Shown one piece after another: positions 23,433 to 37,340 of a stretch of 64,000 bases of DNA. A model generated the notes under the pieces. The model did not search any database. It was not told the origin of the DNA and was given only the letters and a program-made list of their open reading frames with translations. Position 1 is the first letter of the stretch; each line of letters opens with the position of its first letter. The stretch covers positions 5,742,597 to 5,806,596 of the forward strand of contig NW_002060946.1 in the NCBI RefSeq assembly GCF_000150275.1, read 5' to 3'. The translations under genes and the position numbers were made by a program. Origin of the DNA: Trichoplax adhaerens. Taxonomy: Eukaryota > Animalia > Placozoa.

Positions 23433-26400
23433 TTAAGAAAGTAGTAATCTTAAAATTATTAATTGTTATTGGGTCAGCTTATACCGCATTAAAGATGCTG
23501 CTGGGGCATTTTCAGAGCTACCCTTCGGATACATTTTGATTCGATAAAGCTATACACTGAGATAGTTTACAATGCGGTCACAAAAGTTAATATTTCTATG
23601 GTGAAATCGTATCAATATCCGTAATCCTATGCAAAACAGGCTATGTTATCACAGTTTTAGTTACGATTACAATAAAAAATTCAATTTTGAAATCAGCTGA
23701 CTTTACTATTATTTACATTGTTAGACGAAATTGTTATGCCATTCGCATAGTCAACGAAATTTTTAGCAATATATACTTGCCATTGCCCAAGTATCGATTT
23801 GGTTATTAATGGAATGAATCGATTAGCATACCAGATTAAATTTGGAAATAGGATAAATTTTATCATATACGTGGTATGTAATAAATAGTGTTATTTAAAT
23901 CAGATATAGACTACGATCATGAAATTAGCCATCCAATGATTCCCAATGTTCAGCTATGATAAAGAGAAATTTTAAGTTTATTGTAGTTCTCAGATACTTA
24001 GCTCGATATTATTCTCCACAATCAGCAAAACTAGACAGAATTAATCTAGTGGCACTACCTACTGAGCTCATTTGGTAGGAGTAATAAATCACCCCAACTC
24101 AGAAGCTTTCACAGAAATTTTAACGATAAATTTACACTTCAGCTCCTAACTAATATAGCACTATTTACTGACATACGTATCTGATAGCTAATTCTAGATA
24201 GTCAATTTATAACATATTCATTCACGGAATCATTTATAGCGTAAGGCAAAAGCTACTAGCAGTTAAAATTACAATCACTACTGCAATCAATTCATCTTAA
24301 TCATATAGCGTATTTGAATTGAAGCAAACTTTAAACTCATCAAATTTAGTAATCTACTATTCTTGGTATTTTGTGCAGTAGTAATGCGAAAATAGGATTA
24401 CTCTTGTTAAGATCGCTAGCCCTAAAGAGAATCATAAAAAAATGCCATTCGTCATCGACAATTAGCTTTTCTTATTTATATCCTTGTTATATGGAAATAT
24501 ATTATCTACTATACTACGGTAAGAAAATTCATTTCTTTTTAAAAGTATCTACGTCTTTAGAACGATTATGAATAGGAAAATAATAAAAGAAAAATGACTG
24601 GAAGTGCCCGTTTGTTAAAGGGAGTTTTACAGGAAAATAATTTAATTTAACGCATCACAAAAATTATTAAACTAGATTCTGCTAATGTCCACTCTTAGAA
24701 CGAAGTTTAATGCCAGTAAAAATATATTTTTAAAGCCAGTTAGAATACTGACAACAATAGCATGTATAAAACGTAGGCTATCAAGAAAGAAGGGATTGAT
24801 TTGGAGGCAGTAAGGCTATCTCTAGATAACCCGCTGTAATCGGATAAAAACTAGATGTTATTCTTTATTGTGGCGTGCAAGCATCGACAATTATAAAGGA
24901 CAGGAAAAGAATATCAGAAGTGTAAAAATACAGCGCATAAATAAATTAATCACAATTAATTGAGATTTAAATAGTAGAGTATATCTATGTCTACACACGC
25001 TATGCTATACTAAAGATAGAAATCTTGCTCCTAAAATTTTAGGCTCAACACTTGGTTATAATTGAAAGTCCGACAAGAAAGATCTATTACACAATCTACT
25101 CAATCACGCAATTTATTTATTTGGATATTTTCTCACGTTGGTATTTAAAGAATCACAGCAATAACGTGTATGTAGAATAACTTAATGGATAAATTATATA
25201 GTATATAGTTAATTTAAATTTGATCCTGCAATTGAAAAAGATTACGTTCCAAGAATAACAGCAGTAAAATAATAAAGCGTATGACAATTCGTACGGAAAT
25301 TTTCCATTCCTAGCTGTAGGAAATATTGATAAATAGCTTTCTTTACGATAAAGATATGTATGTAGATAGTAACTTTTTGTACTAGTCTACATTGTAGATA
25401 TTATCGAATGAAGGACTGCATTCAGTAAAAGCATCCATTGATTAGTTTACACAGATGATTTTAGCTGCTAAACTAATTAATTGATAAATATGAATATTAA
25501 TTGTATAAAAACTTCTAACCTTAGGTCTTGTCTATGATATAACAATCAGCCTTTCTAGCAATGATAATAATATTAACTAACTTAATTACTTCTTACCATT
25601 GTTAAATATTTCCTAGAAATCCAAAGTTTCATGCAACCTAAGGAAGTGGATACAAAATTAATCCATTATGTTAACTATATTACCTATTTATCTGCAATTA
25701 AAATGATACAAAGGCTTAGAAGAAGGACATTAATCAATATCTAAATCTCTTACGAAAAGCTTTAAATTGCTGAAACTTAATCTTTTGATTGGATGTAATC
25801 ATCTTACATTAACAGATTATGGCTATCAATATCTAGGTTTCATTCATTACAGTTAATGAACTTTTAAAAATATCTTAATGGTCTTCTTTAACAATTTATT
25901 CATGAATTATGCTAAGCCATTCCCAAAATGTCAAACTTTTATAACACCTAAGTATCTCTATTTAGCTTTGATATGAAAATATCAATTTCAATAGTCGTAC
26001 ATTGAAGTAATAATGTTAGTGTAATACTACACAGTGTACCATTGATAAATTACTATTGCCCTTACGTTTTAATTTCGGGAGAGCCAAATATAGCCATTCC
26101 AAAGTATAGTATCTATATACATGATATGAAGTAAATAATACCTAATATTAAATGATTTTATAGTAAAGTAATTATTTTTTCGGGTAGACTATCCTATAGA
26201 TGTATACTTCCTGACGGTAATTACGCGGAAAAAAGTGCTATTTTGCTAAGATCAACATCAAACATGACATGACCTAATTCAGTTATTGCCTCTTAGAATG
26301 CAGTATACATCAATTAGAGGCGTTAAAAATAATAATTATAGAACTATGAAGATTAAATTTAACTTAGAAACGAAATTGTTTCCGAGTTAAGACAGCTTAG

Positions 26401-29400
26401 AGTCAAGTTTACTAATTTTAATCATTAATTACCTAACCCTTTTTCTCTTTTGTATTTTATTATCGTTAGACCAAACTAGTGCAATAAATTTTTCAGTACA
26501 AAGGTCACATACGTAATTACATACTATGAATTAGCGATCATAAGAGTAATGGGAAAAACCCTTAATCATTGGTTTTGTAAATTAAACCACTGAAATCTTA
26601 AAAAAGGTAAAGAAATTTTTTCCAATAAATTAAAGAATGGAATTTTATTACTATTATCCGCAAACTCAGATAATTAATAAACAACTTTGTGATTGTTAGT
26701 ATACGATATGAATTGATTTATTAACAGCTTGCAGTGGATTCTATTCACAATATCATAATAGTAATTAAACGAAAATCAATTGTAAAAATTACAGATTTTC
26801 TTACTGACTATTAACAATGAGCAATTTATAAGATTACTCGAAATAGGCATACGTATAGAGCATCTCGAGAGATTTTATATTGTAGCTTCAACTTATATGG
26901 TACTTCATTCTTTAGCTTAGGACAGAATTAGTATTACTCTAAACTGCCAGATTATTAAATTTAATAAGAGTAGTCTTGTGCATTATCACCTTGATAAGGT
27001 TGTGATAATGAAAAGAATATCCTTAAAGTAATAATATTTTATTGATTTAGAATTCAGGTTACTTTATTATTATAGATTGCCATAGCACCAAATGTAATCA
27101 TTAAGAAAGTAAAATATTTAGAAAGTAAGTGAAAGCTTTTAAGTATTCTACTATATTATAGATAATGGATTACTATAACGGAAAATATAAAAATGAAAGC
27201 ATATTCTTATAATCTATTATATAATAATAAAGAATTAGATTTTATTTATTTATACTATGCAGCCGGTTGTAATATGAACTTATTAACGGAAAAGACAATT
27301 ATAAGCTATAAAACTAATTCATTATACTTTTAATCAGAAACGTCATAAAAATATTGATATTGTGAGCTTTGATTTCAGCAAGTATTATTATTATATAGGA
27401 ATTAAAGAAGTTACATATATAATACACCAAAATACTACTCTAATATGCGATAATTTTAGTTATGGTGGGTCATAGTAACGGAAATTGTAAGAAATTGTCT
27501 TACTATAGTAAAAATAGTTAGCGTAGAAATATATTCTCATATATGCGGCGATAATTTTTCGGGTTTATTAAATAGTACGAGTTTAATACATGCATATATA
27601 ATAAAATTTGTTCAGAAACCACGGACTTTACATCTGTATCCAGAATTTCGATTTATGATTCCATAAAGTATGATTTTCTTGCGTTTACTCATTACAAGAT
27701 CAATGCTCGATACTTACAAGAGCAAATATGATACTCAATAATTGAGGAATAGTGCCTGTAATAGAAATAGTCCATGAGCATATTACTTTCACAAAAAAAG
27801 AAAAACAAACAAGAACCAAGGGAAAATTATCTATCTTGTATGTATATTATAAGTTAATGGACAAATTAAATAAAATTGAAAGAAAACCTATCTCCGGATC
27901 GAATTAAAAACGCGAATGTGTTATTTTCTATAGGTTTAGTATTTAGAAGAAACAATATTGATAATCAATTGCTATAATAGTGCATAGAAAATTAGACGTC
28001 ACGCAACGATCATGATTTACTAATGTTAGTAACTATATCAAGTATAGTTTTAAAGGCAAATGATAGTAGCCTTAACATTATAAAGGCGTAACATCATATG
28101 TAATTCACTTTTATTACATACTTAAGCATCATTTAATTAATCGTCGTAAAGCTAAGAAGTAAAGAAAATATTTACGGATATAATTCATAGTCATTTCAGA
28201 ATATGATATTGGATCATCACGATGTGCCTTAATAAACCTAAAATATCACAAATAACAATTTGTCATCTACAAGAATTTAAAGTTTAATTTCTATTATAAA
28301 AATAGTAGATTATAAATTTGAGGTGTGGTAAAATGGTTTCCTGATTACTTTTAACTATGTTACCAATAAACATTTCATAACAAATCATCGAGCATAACAT
28401 CTTGCTTCGGAATCGTCAGCTTATGAAGAATTATCCAATTTAGACATAGTATTTCGATATGACAGTCATTTATATATTATCTTCAGTCCATGTTTAAATA
28501 ACTTTAACTGACTGACATTCTTTATATTAACAGTTTATCAGTCATAATGTCTCAATTAAGAGGCTAAATTAGCGGTAGTTTTAGAAATGATAATTATCTA
28601 TCTTGAATTATTGAACAATTAATAAGCGTACACAAACAAAGATAGCTGGATCGGCCGATAATGGCTTCGGTGAAAGAACATCAATAAAGAAACCGGAAGA
28701 TAGTATTTTTTGGAACTGGTAGTCTATGAATCAGTTCTATCTGAACTTACATTTATCACAATTTGATAAAGACAAAGTAATTAGATGATTGTATTTTACT
28801 CTAGTTTTTCTGAGGAATTTTATTTATACCCTCTTAGCGTTGTTGGATTGAGTCGTTTAATCTTAAATGTAGTTGATAATTTTAATTGAAGAATATTACC
28901 GAATCATATTTCAATTAATTTGATGATAGAAATAGTGCTAGAGATCATATTCAAGAGCTTGGTAATTCAAATCGTTTATTTCCGTAAAAGTAATCAGCTC
29001 TACCATTTGATAAAATGTTAATGAGTTGTAGTACCTTTGTGCTTCGTGATTTAGTTCCAGCTTTTTATTATTTCCTTTAAGGTATCTAGAGCATCCGATC
29101 ATGCCAGCTGATAAAATTGATAATTGAGTATAATATCATAAGATTCGGATTGCATACTGATCTGTTTCAAAATTATGCTACCATATCTAGCAAAAGTAAA
29201 CTATCCCGTCATACGGTCACTAATGCAAAATAAATAGAAGAAAATTACAACTAGAGACTCCTTAACATCGTAAATTGTTTAATTCCCTCGATCCTAGTTA
29301 TGGCAATGTATAATCTTTTAGGTTATACAATAAAGATTTACATAATGTTTTGATGGAAGTTAAAAAAGCCACAGTTGATAGATAATAGTGAAGGGCGATT

Positions 29401-32324
29401 GAAATTTTTTGTAATTAAGTTACTTGAGTAAAATAAAGTATCAAGGCTTAAGAACAGTAAAGAAGATGAATACACATATGAGTTAACTTTAAATTAAGTT
29501 GACTATTTTAATATATCCACATAAATCAACTGCAATCTACGTATTGCAAGAGTAGCCGCTATACCCGTAAAATGCATCAAATCAATATCAAAGATTTATT
29601 TTCCAGACGGGCATATTACAAGCATTAATCAGCCATTTATGAATTAATAATAACGTCATCTTACCCATAATTAATCATTGACAGCTGTAATTTACATTTG
29701 AGTTGGCCAATGAAATAAAGAGTGTAATTCGTTGTTAATACGGTAATTAAACCTATTTGCTAGGTAATTTTCATGCTTTAAAACTATGTGATGTAGCAAT
29801 TATACTTAGTAAGATTCTATGCAACAGAAGCTCTAACTTTGGAATCTGAAAAATCTATAGTACCCTGTACCGCTTCCGATATTAAAGCCTAGCGGTAAAA
29901 AGAGGACTTAGTAGAAGATCACAAGAGTCTTCTATCGTATAATTCTGCAGTGCTTGCAGCCCGAGTGTAATTTCAGTTATAATTTAAAATTTTTCACGAA
30001 CGACCTGCATGTTATGACCTAGTAAACCATACACTATAGTAAGTATAATTTAGTCAAGGTAATAGTTATTAACTCTTATATTTGTGTCCTTACTGGCGAG
30101 TTAATTAATAATTATTTAATTAAAATTTTCGCGTAACTACGTTGACACAGTAACCAATGTAATTGAAAAAAATATAAAATATATAATTTATATATATGTA
30201 AATTTGGCATAATTTAAACGACTTAATACTAGATCGATATAGATAAAAATTTTTGCTTGATTACGTCGATATGGTAGCCAACGTAATTAAGAAAACGCGA
30301 AATTTATAATTAATGCAGACGGAAATTTTGCATGATTTAAACAACTTGATGTTAGACCGATATAGATGTAAAGAATTTCACAACGTCTAAATCATTTTGT
30401 TGTTTTGATATAATAAAAGTTATCACGTAATATGTTTTAATTAATTTATATATTAGATAAGGAATGAGATTCGATATTAATTGATTTCAACCCGTTTAAA
30501 TTAAGATAACCATCTATTTTTCCTTTCTGATCTTTAAATATTTTAAAGTAGACAATATGATCATTTCCTAGTCTCTTCGGAAGGCGATCAATATTTTGAT
30601 TGGGTAATAATCATGGTAAATAATGGATAAGAAATCATTATTAGAAATGCCTGCTAATAGAGACAAGCTCAAATTCTTTCCGAGATGTGTTTCGGCACAT
30701 AAGGCTATCAACTTATTAGATATAGCGAAATTTGCTACTGTTTCACTTTTAAAATCTTTGCGTAAATTTTTTACAAATAGATTGTATTACCAGAAGCAAT
30801 TGATGTATCTAATCACAACCTGAAGGAAGGCATGTTATTTCTTAGGAAGCACGTTTTATATTTTATTGTATTATTAATGAGATTGAAAATGAAAGAATTG
30901 TACGATAAGATATAAATGCTAAATGAAGTATAACAGAAATTTCTAATAAAGACATATTTAATAATTAGAGAATAGATAAATATACTTACATGGATGACGA
31001 TTGAACGCTTACGGGCTGAAATAAATTAATTTCGATTTTTAAAATATCATCTTGCTATTGCAATTGTCTAATATTCTTCGCTCTAATGGCCGATTCTATA
31101 CACATATTAGACTTAGTAATTACACATTATATGTATAGCTAACACCAAAGATTTGATAATACTGAAGTAATAGCAAATGGAGTCTATGAAGCGGATAATG
31201 TAGCAGAATTATTTCAAAGCTATAATCTTACGATACTATTTGCAGAAAAAATTAAGATAAACAATAGCAGTTCAGTATTTTAATAGAATCATTTAGAAGA
31301 AAAAAGAGAAATTTATCTATGGTAATATTTTACGTTGATTTAACCAGGCAACGATAAGTATCTTGGATATCGTTTCAAAGCTATAAATTAATATATTTAA
31401 TTAAACACATGTCATGGATACCTTATTATAAGATAATTATATTTCTGTTGGACTAATAATGATTTAAGCTATTTATTAGTCTCTCTCAAGTATAACAATT
31501 CGAGTATACATATAAAAAATCTTAAAACGTGGGAATATAAGACGTTGAAATTTATGCAAGTATTGAGAAAAAGTTGAAAGATGAAATTAAAACGCAGATT
31601 CAAGATAACTAGCCTAGCTTACGCCATTGTTATGATTAACTGTAGCGAAGTATAAGCGAGGATAAAAATGATATTAACATTCCATTAATTTAAGTCTTGA
31701 AAGGTTATATCTAGTCTACGCCTATCTTTGCGCTAAGCATTTGTAGATAGTCGATAAATTACAGTAGTTATTGTCGCGTTTAAAATGATGCCATCAAGAA
31801 GATTGATTCTTAAAATTGGCATTTATTCCATTTATATTTTATAGAGGGAAATAGACGTTGCATAGCTGTCGAAAGAAGATGATAGCACCTTACATTATAG
31901 GTAGTTTCAAAGCTATCGAGGTATCTTCTATTCACTGATTTAAGAATAGTGGATTGAAATATGACATTTCGGCTGCGTTATTGAATGAATCTCTATAAAA
32001 AGTAGACAAAAACCCTGCAAACTATTCATAGCCATTGCTTAACAATGAAACAGATTATAGCATTAAAAAAAGTAGCTGTTGAAATCTACTGTAACCAAAA
32101 TTGGCCGTTAAATATGCAATCAACAAGCTGCGATTGGAAGTGCATGATTCGGCGATAGTGTTAATTGTGTCAGCCAGCTCTAGCTTAAATCTGTTGCCCA
32201 AATTTCAGCAGAGCCAGGAGATTGCATATATTGCTATATTAACGAACATAAAATGGCTATCTTTTATTGCGAGTGCATTCAGATATATTGACGTAATAGA
32301 GCTAGCCATAACCATTTTCAACTA

Positions 32325-33371
32325 CTATATTAAATGAGTACTTGTCATTCTAGTTGTACTTGCTGATTGTAATAAAGGTTTCTTTCGTGAAATTCGTAAA
32401 AACTCTGCTATTTCTTTTCGTAGATCTTGACTAAAAAGGATAAATATAAATGGATTATAGGCGGGATAGGAGAAAGCAAGTTCACGCAAACCATACGATG
32501 AAGCTTTTAAAGCATTCATTAAAACTCCTAAATGTTTCTTCCGTATCTCCCATGGCAAGTCGCCTAATGAAAACGCAATGAATAAGCAGACGAAGTAGGG
32601 TACGGTAAATATCAGAAATACCACAGAGGTAACAATTAAAGGTCGTGCCGCCCTAAATTTTTTAATAATTCGTTGTCTTCCCCTTTTTAGTTCTTCCATG
32701 GATTTGCTTTGCTGATAATCAATATTTCTAACATGTCGCAATGCAACTACAAAAAGATAACCATGACATAGAATTATGACTGAATAGGGCAGAATAATGC
32801 ATAAGCTATAAAATACGTAATGATAATTAGCTTCTTCTGATATTGATCCCGTTAAATATGTAACATTGCTCTTTCGTCGTAAAGGACTGATGATTGGATA
32901 AAATGACACAAATAAGGAAATTAGCCAGACCAAGGTTAAATTAAGGCCTACAATACTTGGTCTAACGAAACTCTTGTACTGGAATGGAAAAGCGATAATA
33001 ACCACTTTATCCACTGCATCGGATGCTAAATGGAAACAGAATGAAGCCAGTAAGAAATTGCGCAATGGCTTTTGAATTATTTTTAGGACAGAGGTTGGTG
33101 GAGATGAAGAAATCCAAGGATAAGGTAGGCAGTAAAGCAATGCTAAAATGATGGAAGTAAAACACATACTACATAATCGGATGTGAGGAATTTTCCATAA
33201 TGTCCTTCGTGTTATAATAATGTAAGCTAGTGGAGCATTGATAGTTAATGCGATGATGCCAGTGATTCCATTATAAATGGCCGCAATAGTTATACTTAGC
33301 ATCACGCCATTGCCATTAGCATTTCTTGTTGTATTGATTGGCAATGAAGACAAAGTTGTGTTGATACTCAT
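32325..33371 (-). CDS. Intronless rhodopsin-like (class A) GPCR, orphan, 348 aa; paralog of the GPCR at 4461-5525
   Basis: 7TM pattern; two NTT sequons; blocks shared with GPCR1 (R.LWKI, LCSM, LxCLPYP, LRNFL, CHGY, YGLRELAFxYP); DRY site reads VDKV; TM7 NPFIF. Confidence 0.9.
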   Translation of the reverse strand: MSINTTLSSLPINTTRNANGNGVMLSITIAAIYNGITGIIALTINAPLAYIIITRRTLWKIPHIRLCSMCFTSIILALLYCLPYPWISSSPPTSVLKIIQKPLRNFLLASFCFHLASDAVDKVVIIAFPFQYKSFVRPSIVGLNLTLVWLISLFVSFYPIISPLRRKSNVTYLTGSISEEANYHYVFYSLCIILPYSVIILCHGYLFVVALRHVRNIDYQQSKSMEELKRGRQRIIKKFRAARPLIVTSVVFLIFTVPYFVCLFIAFSLGDLPWEIRKKHLGVLMNALKASSYGLRELAFSYPAYNPFIFILFSQDLRKEIAEFLRISRKKPLLQSASTTRMTSTHLI

Positions 33372-36049
33372 GCTGATTTGTTATTGGATATTCAATTGTA
33401 TTGAATATTAGAAAATGAATCGATTCAGCTAGCCAGTAATACCAGTCGATGCAATACTAATTTATTAACCAGACACTCAGGTCGATTGCTGGAGTATTTT
33501 ATCGATTTAGAATAACCTCAACATAAATATTGATGTAGAATTCTAATAGAATTTCTTCCTCCACCATGCGCTATTTTGCTGTTGAAGATCAATTTTTAGA
33601 CCTACTATCTAGATTGATTTCGACTTGGACTTTTGTGATCTCCAATTTTTTTTCTACAACTTGAATGGCTAGTATAAGCAAGCGAAGAGCAAATAAATGA
33701 CCGATCACAAACTTATTATCTATAGCTGAAAAAGATGCAAGACAAGCTGACTGCTAGACGTTGCTTTGAGGAATGATTTATTCAACAACTCGTGGGATAT
33801 ATATATAGCTACTCAAAATGAGATGGATCACAAGTTTTACTTTATAGAAATAGACAAGCATACAAATGCATTGAATGGATAAAACGATAATAAATTCATG
33901 CTTTCAAGAGATAATTTCAATTTATATTATTGATGATATTTTCTTGATTTTGTTTTGTAAGCGTCTTATATCAACAAAGGTAATATTGTTTCCAATTTCT
34001 CAAAATCCTTAACGTCGATAAAATAACAACTATCAAAAGAAAAAATACAAGCTGGCTGTATACCGTAATTTGTTTTTAGTTACTGTAATGCCACAATTCT
34101 ATTTGTTTTATTACATATGCAATTTTCCTTGGCTGTAACACCCCCACATTGTGAAAATCAGCGTACTTCTTTTCACCCCGTCAATATTATTCTTCTATCG
34201 TTTCAAATCATCCATCACCTTAATTAATCTATTCTATAACGTCCTACGTTGACACTATTATAATATACAGAAAGAAACGATCAAGAAAACGCAACTCCTA
34301 TTGAGTGATGGCAAACAAAAAGAATAAGAAATGGAATAATAAATGGATGGCACAATATCCATCTAGAAGAATGGATTGGATATTTCCATACACCGATAGC
34401 CGCTGACGGGGGGGGGGGAAATAGCGGCCATAAATAATTGAATCAAGAACAACTAATCGGTTTGTCTCATAAATTATCAATCGTTTTGAGTGAGGTTCCT
34501 AGTGATGTTGATATCTATCGGTATAAAAAGTAGGATAGCTCTAATGCATTAATACAGAGAAACATCATAAAACATCTAGACTTATTTAAACATCGCACCT
34601 GTACTTTAAATTAACAATTTAACTGTCGTAAGAGGAAATGCCTACTTTTGCAAGGGAAAGAAGACTTGTAATAGTCACGAATAATATCCATCGTCGAGGC
34701 TGATACCGATATCAACAGAGAATGAAAGAAAATAGTGAAAGAAAATAGAAAAGCTGAGATACTACTAAAATGATCTCTAGCTATAGCCATGTTGATTATA
34801 GTCTGGATAGTTACATTTTGCTTCCATTAAAATTGTATTTTCTCTAGCGTACATTAATTCAACAGAATAGAAGCCTTATCCAGATAGGATAACAAATTAT
34901 CTAGAGCCAATCTTATTCAATAGGCTCTATTAAATTATTGTATCAAATCCAATAGCTTCCAATTGTGACTCCATATTCTTTAAATGGGATCAAATAGATC
35001 AAAGGCAATAACAGAGAATGTCGATGTGATAATTAATAAATCAAATGGTCTATTTCACGCATAGATTGGCCTTAAGAATTTGTGTGCTCAGTTCATTTGT
35101 GATTAGGCCGTAAAATTGACTTTGTTGATTATTATTGTTGCCGGTTGCTACTTAAAGTTCGCTTGTGTTTATTCATGTTACTTGGTTGCTTTGAGTTATA
35201 TGTTATTCAGTTGATAATTGCAAGTCGGAAGTTTTACAATTCCTTTTGCTTTCTACTTTAATTTTGGTTAGTACAGCATATCTTTTCAATAAACTGAGCC
35301 TATTAAGTTACCCTAAATTCAACCATTGCGATACAGTATAGCATAAGTTTTTAGTTATAAATTTACTTTATTATTTTTTGTCTTTCTAACATCAATACAA
35401 CTCCGCTATGATATACAATAAATAGAAAGACCAAGGCTTTCGCTCATATGTTCGCACAAGTATATATCAATAAATAGATTATTAACAACCGATATTGGAA
35501 AACATTGACTCGTTGATATGATTTTATAAAATCAATTATGTTACGCTTTATTTTACTTGCTCTATTTTTAATTAAAACCGCACGAATAGTTATTGATATT
35601 AATTCCTGATAAACTTATTGATGAAGTTATTGCTGATTACTTTTCTTATTTTTATATTCTACAAACTCAGATACGGAATAGGTTTCATGGGTTTTTAATG
35701 ACCTATAGTTTATTTACACTTTACTAGCTTAACGTTCAAGATAAATCGGATTATATCCTTGATACTATATTTTCCACGTATTAGTAATATCACATTTAGA
35801 ATCTTCTGCCTTATTCTACATTAAATTAAGCGTATCAATAATCACTAAAATTTCAAAAGTGATAAAAGCCTCTAATCAAATAGATGGCTAAAAAATAGAA
35901 CTATCAAAGCAAGCAGAGTGGAATTATAAGCTTAATTATTTCACACCATGGATATTTTATTATTTCTGGCCTTAAAAATGCATAAAATGGGGGTTAATTT
36001 ACCATGAAATAGATTACAAATTCAAATAGTCTAACCAGCATATTTTAAT

Positions 36050-37340
36050 TTATTCCATTCTAGTGGTTATCAAGTCAAACTGTAAAGCAATACGTTCTCA
36101 TTTAGTCTATTCAGATTGATATATGAAATAGTCATCGATTTTAGCCGACAGTTTATTTTAACTGTTTTTCTACATTTCTTCCTCGAAAAATAACTACTAA
36201 ACTAACTGCAGTTTAGTCAATTTCAGAAGATTGATATTTCTATCTCAAATCGTTTAAGCTGTTTAAGCTGTTTATTGCAATCTATCCCATTTTAGCTGCT
36301 ATTAAGTCATGCTGTAAATCAATATTTCTCTTTAAGTCTAATATAATTAACATATGAACCAGCTTTCAATTTCACGCCGAAAGTTTATTTCAAGCATTAT
36401 TTCTGCTTTCCTTTTATGAAAATGACCACTCAAGTAACTGAAGGTCAATCAATTTCTATAAAAATTATTCAATTTGTTCCGATATCAGTATAAGAATTTC
36501 AACTTTATTTATTGTTTCCGTTAATTACTGCCGTAGTTGTTATCAAATTAATCAATAAATTAAATCCTGTTTAGGTATGTAGCAATCATTTATCAGTATA
36601 AAGTAAACTAAATATCGATGCTAAACAAATCGATGTCAATATATATTCAGCTTGCTGATCATTTTGATTCAATGTCATTAATAATTTAGCATCTGCTGAT
36701 TCTAAAGCCTGATACTCCATCATTTTAGCCTTCCATTATTGTAATAACTCTACTTGTAAAGTATTGTCAACCCTATTCAATTATCCATTCGTTTATATTT
36801 ATTTTAATCTAAATTCGGTAAATATGCAACTATCCTGTAGCGATCTTAGTATTTGTTGTTAAAATTTTTTTACTCTTCCGGTGTTAGTTAAAGGTACTGT
36901 AGCTTACGCTTATCGCAAATCCATCCATCATAGCAAGATCTTGTTCTGTAGAGGAAGAATATAGATCAACTTTGTATTTTTTGAACTCGTATTCAAGAGT
37001 AAAAGCCCCCTGTTCAATTTATTTCTGATAAAATAGATGGAAAAACCGGATTGATCATTCGAAGATGTAATTCCAATCTTTTAAAATAGGGCTTTCCTTT
37101 TAACTTAAAGATATAATTCAAAATTAGCTGGAATAAAAGATAATCTATCATTGCTACCGGTATTGTAAGATATCGATTTTTCTTTTTGATGGTAATTGCG
37201 ATCCAGTATTATTGTCAGATAATACGTCAACGTCCAGTGTAAATTCAATCTATTAGTATCTGGCCATTAAAAATTGAGATATAATAGTCAATGTGTTGAA
37301 TCTGCGTCAAATTGTTATTATAATTAGCTATTGATATTCA
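36050..37340 (-). pseudogene. Possible decayed leucine-rich-repeat gene remnant
   Basis: LRR-like fragments NDRLSFIPANF (37152-37120), KVEILIL/RNKLNN (36506), KLIDLQLLE (~36455), KLVHMLIILDLKRNI (36365-36321), LKLTKLQLV (~36225). Confidence 0.3.

Noticed and set aside
30623-31300. Coding-like stretches (66-aa ORF; ANGVYEADNVAELFQSYNLTILFAEKI) as another receptor remnant
   Set aside because: Only one vague motif and no collinear series, so it cannot be supported by eye.
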